In this document: positions 1 to 11,386 of the stretch, piece after piece | How the letters are laid out: the number at the start of each line of letters is the position of its first letter | Position numbering within the stretch: position 1 is the first letter of the stretch | Assembly (NCBI GenBank): GCA_977018835.1 | Contig: OZ361259.1 | Coordinates: forward strand, 1,302,001-1,366,000 | From: Minutocellus sp. GHC0000111 | Taxonomy: Eukaryota | Length of the DNA: 64,000 bases | Direction: 5' to 3' | The notes under the pieces: generated by a model | Seen by the model: the letters and a program-made list of their open reading frames with translations, nothing else | Told to the model about the DNA's origin: nothing | Databases searched by the model: none | Position numbers and translations under genes: made by a program

Positions 1-1071
1 ACACCATTACAAGGGAAGATAACGAGGTTTTTGATGCCTTCATGGTTCATATGGGTTTGCTGGGTGTGGTAGTGGAAGTGACTCTACATTTGCGCGACAA
101 ATATTATTTGAAGTGGAATGTTCGTGATATTGGCGATGTTTCCAATCTCAAGCTCGACCAGATGAAGCAAACCTATGAGAAGGTGTTTAGTTTGACTTAT
201 ACGTACTTTCCGAGTACCAATCAGGCTGTTGAAATTGTTCGAGATTTTACGGATGATACGCATGAGAGTGGTATTGAGAGTGATATCCGTGATGATTTTG
301 TGAATAGTCTTCGACAGAGCAATGCGGTACTGCTCAAATGCTGCCCTTGTTGTGTGGAGCCATATGCCAACGTGCAGAAGCGAGCTTTACTTTCTCTATC
401 GGGTAAGTCCGATCAGTGGCGGAAGGTCCTGTCGCAGGGAGATCTTTGGGGCGGGGTGAATTTTACCTGGAAATACGATGTCGAATTTGCGTTGCCGTTT
501 GACAAGACTTTGGAGGCGCTCGAAGTTCTTCGGACCATACTTGAAGAAAAGGCCAAGAAGATCTCCACAGTTGTCGGTATTCGCTTTTGTCGTGGTTCCA
601 GAGGTCTGATGGCGCCCCATTTTTCAGCTGATCCAAAGGCCATCTTTTCGTATATTGAAGTTCAATTCAGTACCAAGCATCTCAATCCACGCATACCTCG
701 TATATTGCAGAATGAATTGTCCAAACTCGGCGGACGAGCTCATTGGGGCGTTTGATCAAATTTCTTCCTATCGGCTGTGGCCGGCATCAAACTTGAACAC
801 GTTTCTTGATGTCAAGAGCCAATATGATCCGGATGATCTGTTGGGGAATTCCTACACCGACAAGATTTTTAGCCGAGGCGAACCGGGAGTGATAACTCTT
901 GTTGAAAATGGCGAAGTGCGCACAGTTCGAGAGGTCGATGGTACAGAGCAGGAACCCAATCCAATTGCAATAATGGCTCTTCCCGGACATACTACCCACA
1001 AGAGCGGGAGGATCATACCAGTGCACGATGGCGTGGTGACAAATGCTATTGATAAAGTCGCCGAGTGTTAG
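1..1071 (+). CDS. FAD-linked sugar-lactone oxidase (GULO/ALO family), 5'-partial, frameshifted at ~750
   Basis: Frame is open from the window start (TITREDNEVFDAFMVHMGLLGVVVEVTL). It contains VEFALP, GIRF and GGRAHWG. The ALO C-terminus (F..VK..YDPDDLLGNSY) continues in another frame after nt 750. Confidence 0.8.
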
Positions 1072-1176
1072 AGCGCACTTAACACATGTACTAGTCACAT
1101 TCTTTGCTGATTTGTAATATGTTCTATGTAATTGAACTTATATGAATTGATTTGAACTGAATACATAACAGTTGCT

Positions 1177-4100
1177 TCACTTTTGCTTGCTCTTGTGCTG
1201 AAATTTCTTCTTTGGGACCTTCGGAGACGACGATACCGGGCTCGATCTCAGCCTACTAGCACTGTTCCCGTCGGGCAAAGGTGGCCTTTGATCGCCGATT
1301 CTTGGCTGGCAATAGACTGCTCTCTTCGCACCAGGCACCGGTTTGCATCTTGACTGAGAAGGCTCTGGTGGCCAATCATAGAATCGCTCTTGCCGAAGAG
1401 GAGTGTAAGGTACGAGAACTTCCGATAGAGCCGTTTCCCCCTTTGTGCTTGACCACAGGGAATCAACGATTGAGTTGTTGGTCTTATTCATGTGGCTCGT
1501 AAACGGTCTCGGTGCCGCAGCCAATGTTTCGTCATCGAGCATCAAACCGTCATCCGACTTTCGCCGTTTGAGGGGTATTTTCTTCAGTGCTTTGCTCACG
1601 AGGTTTTCTGTACTGACTGCCTTGTGGATTGAAGGTTTCTTCGGGACAGCTGTGGGCTCGGCACCGATCTCATCTTTCTCGACGAGCGGGTTGCGCTCCT
1701 TTTATAGTCGGATTAACCAATTTTGTGGTCCGACAAAACCGACGCCTCCAGCAAAGAACATCAACCGCCAGGGTAATATCGCAGTGATTACTACGAGCGC
1801 AATCAAAACGCATAGGAGCCAAAATGACGCATAAGGGTCTGACCATATGAATAAATTGAAGACACTTCGATAAGCAATCAAACCGACTCGTTGAATTTGA
1901 ACCACTGGGCCACAGAATTTCTGCTGCATCTGTAGAACCGGATTCCGCTGAACACCAATACCAAGCGCTTTTTCCATCGCGGCAATAATTGGCTCGTTAT
2001 CCTCGGCAACGTCAAAATCAAGTTCCTCGCTGTGCGTGCTGGCGTCTACCAGCTGCCTCCTACTTGCCATTGCTTGGTACGACTTTACCACTAGCTTCCG
2101 GGCCTTGACGACACGATCATTTTCTAGACCAAACGTCGCAGAGTGGGCAATACCGAGAAATTCTTCCAAATCCTCGAATATTGTTGTGCCTTTGTACGGA
2201 ACATCCATATCCTGGTCTGGAGCAATGTGATCAATAACCTGCTTTCGGTCTGAAGCATTACCACTAGATTCCAATGCCAAGAATTTTGACGAAGTCTCGG
2301 CCATGTCCACGTCAAAATTGTTGTTTTCGTCATCATCTTCGAATGTGAAGAGATCCTGTTCTGTTATCTCAACAGAAGAATGGTGATTACTGCCGGGTCG
2401 AGCTGGCACCGGTAGCGATTTGCGAGGTGATGGCGCTGGAGCCAGGTCTTTTGCGTAGGCGTCTCTCAGTAATACCTTCCGATGCCGATTGCCGTCAGAA
2501 AACGGAAACTCTAAATGGTAGCCTTCTTCGTCAAGATCGCCGTCGCTCTCTTTGAATCCAGTAGCCCTGTATGTCTTCTCGGCAAAGGGCCGCTGAGGCA
2601 TAGGAGGAGGGTCTTGGGCGTCGTGCTTCTTCACTTCGAGAGGACGGATAGCTTTGAGCCCAAAAAGAGATGCAATGAGCTCGGGAATTGTCGGCGGGGT
2701 ATATCCCATGTGCTTATAGCTCCCGAGGACAAACGTAGCGTAGTTTCGAACAAGCCACATGATAACGAACCCAAAAAAGTAGGGCAAAATAAGAGCCATG
2801 GAGGCTCGATAGACGCAGTGCATCCAGGCAACAAAGACAGAGCGAAAATGTCGGATTGACCCAGCCGGAAATATCGCCCATAATTTGCTTCTTCAACGCC
2901 TTGGTGTGCTTCTTGTAGAGCTTGAGCTCTTTCGTCGTAGCCTTCATAATCGTGCGACTCCATTTCCCGTGGAGATCTTCGCCATAAACAGTCCTTGCAA
3001 TGTTACGGAATGCAACCTTATCCCCACAAGGTATCGACACGGGATTTGCTCGTAGTGAAGGTGGTAGGTAGGAAAGAACTGCCGCTTTGTCATCGTCCCA
3101 CTCTAGCTTGAATCGCAGTTGGATGGTACCTCGGCCTCTGCGGGCGTACATTTGGGCCGACTGTCGAAGAGGCAGGGTAATGTTATAAGTGCTATCAGGC
3201 CGTAACTTGGCCACATCGATACAAACCCTCCCCGAAAAGTCGTTGGTGTCGGCATCGAAGACCCCGGCATATAAATGGTCATAAGGATGGTATAGTGGGA
3301 AGATTGCTGCTCTCCGAGTCTTTCTGAGCCAAAAGTGATCTCGGATTCCTGGAATGGTATCTGTGCAGAATGCCTTGGCACCTGCGACGAGATATACTAC
3401 AGCTCCACCACTCCCATCGGAAAGATTGATTGCATCGGCGACCGTTTCTTGTCTCGCTAGACCGTGACAGCTGAGCACCTCGACTTGAAGACTGCCAATT
3501 CGACGGCTCAAGTTGTTTACCTCAGATTGCCCACCATCCACGTCGTCCCTCAAATCATGAAAATGATCCGATCGTCTTAGCATCTCTCTCTTGAGCTCAG
3601 GAGGAGTCATCCAAACATTGGGATATGCCCATTGGGGCTGAACTTTGTATTCCTTGACTCTGCCGAGCTCATCCTCGTCGCATTTCGTATTATCAGTGAT
3701 GGACATCTCTTCGTCGTCATCTTGCACAATCGATCGATGCATCTCGCTCAACGCCGAGTTGGGCAGTGGTCCCTTGACCAAAACACTCATATTCAATGCA
3801 CCAACAGCCGTAAAATCCTTGCGATATCTCCACGTAACATTCTTGGGTTGGATGGATTTGGGCACCGTCTTGCCAATCTGCTTGACGGGCTTGCTCTTGG
3901 ACAGTATCTTGAATGCCGACTTTGATTGAGTTGACACCGTCTGTCCGATGGCCGACAATTGACTTTTGGATTGCGGTGCAATCTCTTCCAATAATTCGGG
4001 CGCATCGATCCCACCGCATTTGCTTGCGGCGGTCTCCCACATGGCCTTCTCGTTGCCACCACCGGGACATCGGAGGGTGATCTTGCCCTTGGATTTGGCC

Positions 4101-4500
4101 ATTTTGTTGATACCACCGGCTGTTACTGTTGCCGATGTGAATTCGGACTGGACCGTCGACATCCCGACCGATGCGTTTTCATTGTCGTCCACAAAGAAAG
4201 AGTCTTCAGCTGCTTGCTCGCTGGGTCTACTTGTTGCCCATCTTGCCCAACTTGAGACTCCGTATCTTGGCCTTGCGATCTTTGGTGACCGATGCATTGC
4301 TTTCCAGCGTCAATTCCTCGTCCTGATCGCCTTGCAATTTACCAGTGCCGCCAGTCAACTCCACCGAGCGCAAATCGTACTTGACGACGAAGGCCGTGTC
4401 GTTCCCCACCAAATCCTTGATGGCCCATGTACCGGCCGGTAGGCGCAGTATCAGATCGGCTTCCTGGGGTAGGGTCGAACCGACCAGCCCTGGCCCAGCG
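1177..4500 (-). CDS. C2-domain / PRT_C-like multi-pass membrane protein (MCTP-like diatom family), 5' end missing, about 3 frameshifts
   Basis: C2-like segment IGSLQVEVLSCHGL...LYAGVFDAD..DFSGRV..D..KLRPDSTYNITLPL, followed by W.NP..S and WSDPYASFW..LPWR..GPQN TM blocks. The pieces 4227-4412, 2714-4297, 1702-2823 and 1177-1700 join by frameshifts at ~4230, ~2840 and ~1703. Confidence 0.7.
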
Positions 4501-5974
4501 CCAGGTCCAGTCCGAGGCCTACCTTCGTCGTAGAAAGGAATCGGAGGCCGAGCACGACAAGGATAAGGATGCTGCTGCTGCTGATCCCAACTCTACGGAA
4601 AACCGAGCCCAGCTGGCCATCGAACGGGCTCTCGCCAGCGTCGGATCGGGTCCCACCGCCCCCATCGACGAGGCCAACGTCAACCAGGCCATCCAGAACG
4701 CTGTTCAGGACGTTACCGGTGGTACGGTCAGTGGCTTTGATGCCTCAGGACTGTTCCGTATCCCCCAGGGTCCACCACCGGGCCCTCCTATCCCTTTGTC
4801 GTCGCCCGAAAGGCGTGTTCAGTCCTTCGATCGACGCAATGTTCCGTCGGCTGGCAAGCATAATCTACCAGGCTCGCCGAGGCCGACGACGAGTGCCATC
4901 GCCCCGTCCAGCTCGGCCTCGCCGGGACGGTCGGGCTTGCCACCTCTTCCAGGATCCACCGGCCCTGCCTCGCAGTATCTGCAGCCGGAACAGTCGGTCT
5001 TTGCCGGTGCCGAGAAGCCACAGTATCAGCCCACCCGTGACACGTCTCTCACCGATATCGGCAAGGTTGGTGATCCCGGCATCGACTCCATCTTCAACAA
5101 GGAGGGCCGCCCAATCAAGATCCACAGCCCAAAGCGGCCGGCTCCTGGCTCGCGCAGTCAGCAAATGCAGGGTATCTTTCAGGCACAGTCACTGGGGCAG
5201 GGTGGTCACCTCCCACCGCAAATCCAGGCACCGGATTCCCCGTCCCTTCGCAACCCCATCCCCCTCGAACAGCGCGATTGGTCCATCCCCTCCATCCGGA
5301 TGGCCCATCACGTCAACTCTGGCGAGAGCTATACCACCGTCGAAACCTACGATGACGATACCCTCGGCGAAGAAGATGATATTGTCGGCGGCGGTGGCGA
5401 CTTTGACGATGCCACCCTATCGAGCCGTGGCTCGACTCCTCAAGAGATGAAATCGTCCGTCGACGTCCTCGCCGAGATCGACATGTCCATTGGATGAGAG
5501 GACGACGATCGCAAGCCTTCGGCTGATCAAGATGGACCTACCACCGGGACTTCGAACCAGGTGGTCATCGAACAGGGCATGGAGGCCGTCACGCACGAGG
5601 CCGACGATGCTGTTGTCGGTGCTGCCGATTCCTTCCATGCCATCGCCGCTCCGCCCGGAGTCTTCCGTACCGAAGGTGGACACAAGAAGCGCCATCGGAA
5701 GAATCGCAAGTCCGAGGAAGCCTTCGACTGGCTCAAGAGCGTCGAGGTCGGCGGCGTTGCCGAGGCGGCTAGTAGCAAGTTCCTTACCGGCAATGCCCCT
5801 CCTACTACAGCTACTGGGGCTGGAATGGGTCCCTCGGCCTCCGCCGGAGGAAGTGCTCGACCTGGTTTGGACGTCGCGAGCCAAGGTCCCCCGCAAGGAG
5901 CGATTCCCGGTGCCCTCAAACCAAACCCTGCAAACAGGCAAACTTCTTTGCCAGAGAATATGAACCAGAAATAA
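4480..5974 (+). CDS. Pro/Ser-rich hypothetical protein, likely the 3' part of a larger gene, with in-frame TGA at 5495-5497
   Basis: ORFs 4427-5497 and 5561-5974 are in the same frame, separated only by one TGA (DMSIG*EDDDRK). Strong C-ending codon bias; C-terminal motif EAFDWLKSVE..VAEAASSKFL. Confidence 0.6.
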
Positions 5975-6219
5975 TAATTGTTGTATGTGTGTGACGGGCG
6001 ACTGGGCTGGAAGTCCGCTACGGATTGTCCCTTCGCAAGTCGGGCCAGCATACTAATTTTAGATCATTGTAATCCAATAAGATGTACATTGTCGCCATTG
6101 AGCGTCAAAACATTGCGAAATCCCCTCCATAGACGCGTCATATCACCTCTCTAGTATATCTCTACGCACAAAAGAAATACAAACTCTGAACTTGATGATA
6201 TTTAAGCCTGCCAACATTC

Positions 6220-6890
6220 CGAGATTGACCCCCAAACCCCCAATGAGACAAAAAAATACACATTGCCAAGCACCAAGGTGTCACACAGACCTGTGTCCAA
6301 GCTCTTATGCTATCGTTTAGATGTATCGCCCATGTAATGGAAGCAAGCAATACGTTGTACTCGCCTTAAACGGCCGAGATTTGAACTCTCGGCCCAACCC
6401 GCTCAAAAGTGCAAAAATCTGCCGCCATCGACCTCCAGGACCAAAAATAGTCAACGTTGAGCACCAAGCCACATTCCAAACCTTCGTCAAAGCGCTCATA
6501 TCGTATTCTAAGCGTATTCATGGATAGCAGAAGCCATCGGAGTAGGAAATTCAACCAAAAAGCTGAAGTTCCAGCCTCTTCAATCCGTCCAGAAGCTCAA
6601 AAATGTCGTCGCCACCAATTTCCACGAGCAGTCAAACACAATGTTGAGCATCAATCCGCAGCCCAAACCTGCACCCAAGCGCTCACGCTATCCTTTTGAG
6701 CACATTGTCAGGTAAAGGAAGGAAGATACGCAGTGAATTTTCCCCAGCACGCGAGAATTGAACCCTATCACACCTCTCAACAATAACAAAAATCGGCGTC
6801 TTTGACCTCCACGAGCCGTAGTGGACATAGTTAGTGACCAAGCCGCCAACCAAACCTCCGTTAAAGCTTCAGTATATTGATTTGTGATCA
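6220..6890. repeat. Degenerate tandem repeat, period ~187-191 bp, about 4 units
   Basis: Recurring block caagctcttatgctatcgttt (~6298), aaagcgctcatatcgtattct (~6489), caagcgctcacgctatcctttt (~6676), aaagcttcagtatattgattt (~6863), each preceded by a gcaccaag/ccaaacct-like motif. Confidence 0.6.
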
Positions 6891-6989
6891 TACAAAGGCA
6901 ACGATACCAATCCTTGCTGGTTTTCACCCCCAAATGTCCAGATATCGGCCCCTCAACCTCGCCGAAACCCCCAACATCTCGTTCTGAGC

Positions 6990-7900
6990 CGGTTTTCGAC
7001 AATTCACTCAAAAATTCTCCATCCCACTTGCCAGATACCCCGCAAACTACCGCATCAATACCAGCTCCTATACCAACACAAAAGAACTGAACAGTGCAAT
7101 CCTGGTCTCGGGGCCTATTTGACAAGAATCACCCCCCAAACCGGCCTCAAAGGCCACCCAGCTCATTTCTGGATCTGTAGCGTGCTCATTTTCGACACAG
7201 CAAAAGGATTCCCTTCAAACTACCGCATAAACTTCCACTGATGGACCAAACCCAACGACCCAACGATTGATAGAATAAAATCCTGGTCTCGAGGCATAAA
7301 ATATGAAATCTACCGCATATACCGTATTTTTCGTATTCCGACGATATTTTGGGGTCATCGTGATCAAATTCTCGACATTCACAACAAATTCCGTTCAAAC
7401 TACCACACCAAACTCCACCTATGGATCAAATAGAACGAACGATATGATTGAACTGGGGTCTGGAAGGTTTATCTGAAGAAATTGACACCTAAAACTGTTT
7501 TGGCGGGAATTTCGGCAATTTTCAGGGGCGAAACATGCGATTTCTCGACACTCGTTGCAAGTTGAGTGTTGGTTCCTTGACGACAGTGCACCCATGAACT
7601 ATGTGGATCGAACGATCATCACTTTTCCGGGGCACGAAGCTGTATCTGGTGAGATAAACGCCAAATACCTCTTTTTGCGGCAAATGTCGGATTTGGGCCC
7701 AATTTCGGCAATAAAGCATGTGAATTCTCGGCACTGCTTGCAAAACGAGTGTTGGTTCCTTGACAACAGTCCATCTATGGACTACACCGATCGAATGAAC
7801 TCGAGTTTTCCAGGGCAAGAAGGTGTATTTGACGAGATATTAGCCGAATACCTCATTTTTGACGACATTTCAGACTTCGCCATTTCTGTCGCCCACCGCG
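6990..7900. repeat. Degenerate tandem repeat, period ~175-195 bp, about 5 units
   Basis: ttc/ctcgaca-type motif at ~6995, 7190, 7369, 7542 and 7724; aatcctggtctcg at ~7098 and ~7279; gagtgttggttccttgac at ~7564 and ~7747. Confidence 0.65.
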
Positions 7901-8105
7901 ACGGTGTTTGTGAGCGCATGTGCCCATCTTTGCAAGTTGGTGTTCATCGACCGCATACCACGCTCCCTTGGGACCATAGAAGACTTATTATCAAGGAGAA
8001 TGCTGGGAGATATGTTGTTTGGTGCCATTGCGAGGGGCATGATGGTCGATTGGGAGGGCATTGGATGGCGGTGGCGGTCTGGGATTTGATCCCGAGTCGG
8101 GACCA
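7302..8105 (+). repeat. ~800 bp direct repeat, copy A
   Basis: Collinear with 9448-10271 from tatgaaatctaccgca to tcgggacca; roughly 80-85% identity by eye. Confidence 0.9.
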
Positions 8106-8252
8106 GGAAAGTTCTCTGTAGCATTCGAAAATAATGATGAAGACGCCGACGGCGGACAGACGAACAACGCCACATCTTGTGTTGGTTTTTGCCCATCGTA
8201 TCTTTTACACAACTCTGCAGCAATTTGATTGGACGCTTGGCCTTCCTTGCAA

Positions 8253-9257
8253 ATGGAGACTTCGGCAGGCACTTCGGCACCCAAAGTAGCCGGCGTGAGC
8301 TTTGCCGTTCTCGTGGCGCTCGCATCGGTTTGGCTCCGGCAGCACCACGCATCATCACCAACAATAGCAGTTGACGACCGAGCCAGTATCGAGCTTGAAG
8401 TAGCCAACGGCTGGACCATGCGCAAGGATGCTGCTCCAAGCACCCTCACCAATGACGAACGCAGTCGTTTCGCTTTGCTAACGGATGATAGCTACCGGAC
8501 ACCAGGAACTGCAGCAGGTCAAGATGAGTGGTACAAGGAGTGGCGCGGTGTTGCCGAGGGAGGGGCGGGGTGGGAATCGAGTACCGCCGACGGCGCCGAG
8601 ACGGTACGGTCACCGTGGGCGGTTTGGACGACGGGCGAGCTCCTATCGGCGGCGGAGTGTGACACGTGGATCAAGTGGGCAGAAGAAGAAGGGCACCTCG
8701 AGACGGGCGACTTTGTCTTTGCCGGCGGGAAATGGGGACACTCGCGCGTCCATACCGGTGCGAGGAGGAGCGCAACACGGATTGTTGTGGATGATGAATT
8801 TGCAGCTCTCATGACAAGACGGCTCGCTGATCAGGGCGTGCCCAAGCAACTCGCAGACGGCCGAGAGTACTGTGGCGTTGGCACCAACTTCCTCGTTACC
8901 AAGTACGTAAAAGGCCAATATTTTGCGCCGCACTTTGACGGCAGAAATTCAGCCGGAGGAGTTACTCGCCCTGACGGCACCGCCTGTGTCGCCGAGTTCA
9001 CGGTCGTTCTGTACCTTACCGATGATTTTGAAGGAGGAGCAACGCTCTATCTGCCCGGCCAAGGCTCGGAAGTTGCCGACTCGGTGGCGGTACGACCTGC
9101 CCGAGGCTGTGCTGTGATCCATCGGCAGGGCACGGTCCTGCATAGCTGCGAAGCTCTCCTGGATGGGACCAAATACATAATGCAAATGGGTCTGTGCTAC
9201 GAAGAAGCGGTCACTCCAGAGCCCAGGCCAATGACGAACTTGCGATGGGGAGCCTAG
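8253..9257 (+). CDS. 2OG-Fe(II) dioxygenase (prolyl 4-hydroxylase-like) with N-terminal membrane anchor
   Basis: KY.KGQYFAPHFDG (HxD), FTVVLYLTDDFEGGAT, RPARGCAVIH....LHSCE....GTKYI; hydrophobic stretch at the N-terminus; intronless. Confidence 0.85.
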   Translation: METSAGTSAPKVAGVSFAVLVALASVWLRQHHASSPTIAVDDRASIELEVANGWTMRKDAAPSTLTNDERSRFALLTDDSYRTPGTAAGQDEWYKEWRGVAEGGAGWESSTADGAETVRSPWAVWTTGELLSAAECDTWIKWAEEEGHLETGDFVFAGGKWGHSRVHTGARRSATRIVVDDEFAALMTRRLADQGVPKQLADGREYCGVGTNFLVTKYVKGQYFAPHFDGRNSAGGVTRPDGTACVAEFTVVLYLTDDFEGGATLYLPGQGSEVADSVAVRPARGCAVIHRQGTVLHSCEALLDGTKYIMQMGLCYEEAVTPEPRPMTNLRWGA

Positions 9258-9447
9258 CTGAATGGCTAGGCTGGCTAGCTAGCAGCTAGAAACTTAATTA
9301 AAAATATCTTCCGTCTTATCGTATTTAGTGTATCACATTTTTTCCCCCCGAACCTCTTTTCTTCTTCAATCATTCCGCAAGGCAGCCAATTCTGTAGTAT
9401 GTATTCAGCCTTCATAAGCACCATTCAATCACTGAACATCTCTTTCC

Positions 9448-10271
9448 TATGAAATCTACCGCAGATACCGTATTTTCCGGTTTCCGACGATATTTCGGGG
9501 TCGTCGTGATCAAATTCTCGACACTCACAACGAATTCCGTTCAAACCGCCACATCAAACTTCGCCCATGGACCAAATAGAACGAACGATATGGTTGAGTT
9601 GGGGTCTGGAAGGTTTATCTGATGCAATAGACACCAAAAACTGTTTTGGCGGGAAATTTCCCAATTTTCAGGGGCGAAACATGCGATTTCTCGACAATAA
9701 CTGCAAGGTGAGTGTTGGTTCCTTGACGACAGTGCACCCATGAACTATGTGGATCGAACGATCATCACTTTTCCGTGGCACGAAGCTGTATCTCGCGAGA
9801 TAAACGCCAAATACCTCTTTTTGCGGCAAATGTCGGATTTGGGCCCATTTTCGGCAGCAATGCACGTGGATTCTCGACACTCGTTGCAAATCGAGTGTTG
9901 ATTCCTTGACAACAATATACCCATGGACTATGCGGATGGAATGAACACGACTTTTCCAGGGCACAAAGGTGTATTTGACGAGATATTAGCCAAATACCTC
10001 ATTTTTGACGACTTTTCAGTCTTGACCATTTCTGCCGACCACCGCGACGGTTTTTTGTGAGGTCATGTGCCCATCTTTGCAAGTTGGTGTTTATCGACCG
10101 CACACCACGCTACCTTGGGACCATAGAAGGCTGATTAGATGGGAAAATGCTGGGAGATGTGTTGTTTGGTGCCATTGCGAGGGGCATGATGGTCGATTGG
10201 GGCAAATAAATTTGCTTTTGGGTGGCGGTGCTGGGATTCTTTGATCCCGAGTTTGGGCAGATTCGGGACCA
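9448..10271 (+). repeat. ~820 bp direct repeat, copy B
   Basis: Second copy of 7302-8105, with the same internal ~183 bp subrepeats. Confidence 0.9.
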
Positions 10272-10401
10272 AAGAGATGTCTTCCCCCCATATTCATACA
10301 AAAAGGGGATTAAATCGCCCAGGTCCCTCATTTCTTTCCACGTGGCATTGGTCGGCAACCATGCTCATTCTCCGCCGAGCAAACCACCGCCAGCAACCAG
10401 C

Positions 10402-11314
10402 ATGATGAGATCCCTCGCCGCCATCGCCCTCTGCCTCCTCGGCACCGCCTTTGCCGAAGAGGACATGCCCGATTTCAGCAACATGCCCGGATTCGGCGAC
10501 AAGCCCTGCCCCAACTTCCGGTGCAGCTAGGGATACACCCCCGTCCAAAAGTCCCGCTCCAAGTTCGTGTCCAAGGGCTGCTCCAAGATGGGCGGCGGCA
10601 TGATGATGATGGCCGGCGGTGGCGGCGACGAGAAGTACGCCGCCTGCTGCGATCAGTGGCACGCCTGCTACCAGACCTGTGGGGCCAGCAAGAAGAGTTG
10701 TGACGATGGCTTCAAGACCTGCTCCGAGCGCATCTGCGGTGGCGATGCCGACTGCAAGAAGGGAGCCGACATGAACAGCATGATGCTCGGCATGGGCGGC
10801 TGCGGTCTTTATGACCAGGGCCAGTATGCTGGATGGTGAGTGGTAATAGTTGGGGACGTGGTGTTTGTTGTTTTGGTCATCCCGAGCATTATTTGGGTTG
10901 ATATCGTCATCAAATGGAACATCGAAACCAACACAAATTTTATGCATCGCTTCGTGGTCATATCAACCAACACGTATTTACTTATCGCATTATCCTATCC
11001 ACCACATACTTCTATTTACTTGCAGCGAATGTGCCAAAAAATCGAACGTCGAAGAGAAGCGAGCGGCTGCCATCCGAGGGTTCTACAAGAAGTGGTCCCC
11101 TGAGAACGTCGATAAGGCCGACGCACTTGCCAAGAAGGCCGATTCCAATGGCAAGATGGCGGCTCTGTTCCGAAAGCTCGTTACCAAGTACCCCAAGAGT
11201 ATCAGAATCGAAGTAGACGATGAAATGAAGATGTATCAAGACATGATGAACAAGGCAAAGGAAGAGAAGGGTGATGATGATTCTGATGGGTCCGATGAGC
11301 ACGATGAGTTTTAA
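10402..11314 (+). CDS. Secreted/ER group XII phospholipase A2-like protein; exons 10402-10835 and 11026-11314; in-frame TAG at 10528-10530
   Basis: Signal peptide MMRSLAAIALCLLGTAFA; C..F.C, KGC, CCDQWHACYQTCG..K..CD..F..C...C and GC..Y...Q..GC|EC; GT-AG intron 10836-11025; C-terminal HDEF. Confidence 0.75.
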
Positions 11315-11386
11315 TTATTTTGAGCAAAGTCAGCCACGTAGAGGGACCTAGCCACACATAATTGTAGCACAATAGACTAGCTACAT

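Noticed and set aside
7522..8121. ORFs inside the repeats (7555-8121, 7522-7818, 9668-9964)
   Set aside because: Frames are not preserved between the repeat copies and there are no protein motifs.
7302..10271. LTR retrotransposon
   Set aside because: No gag/pol, TG..CA ends, PBS/PPT or target-site duplication was seen.
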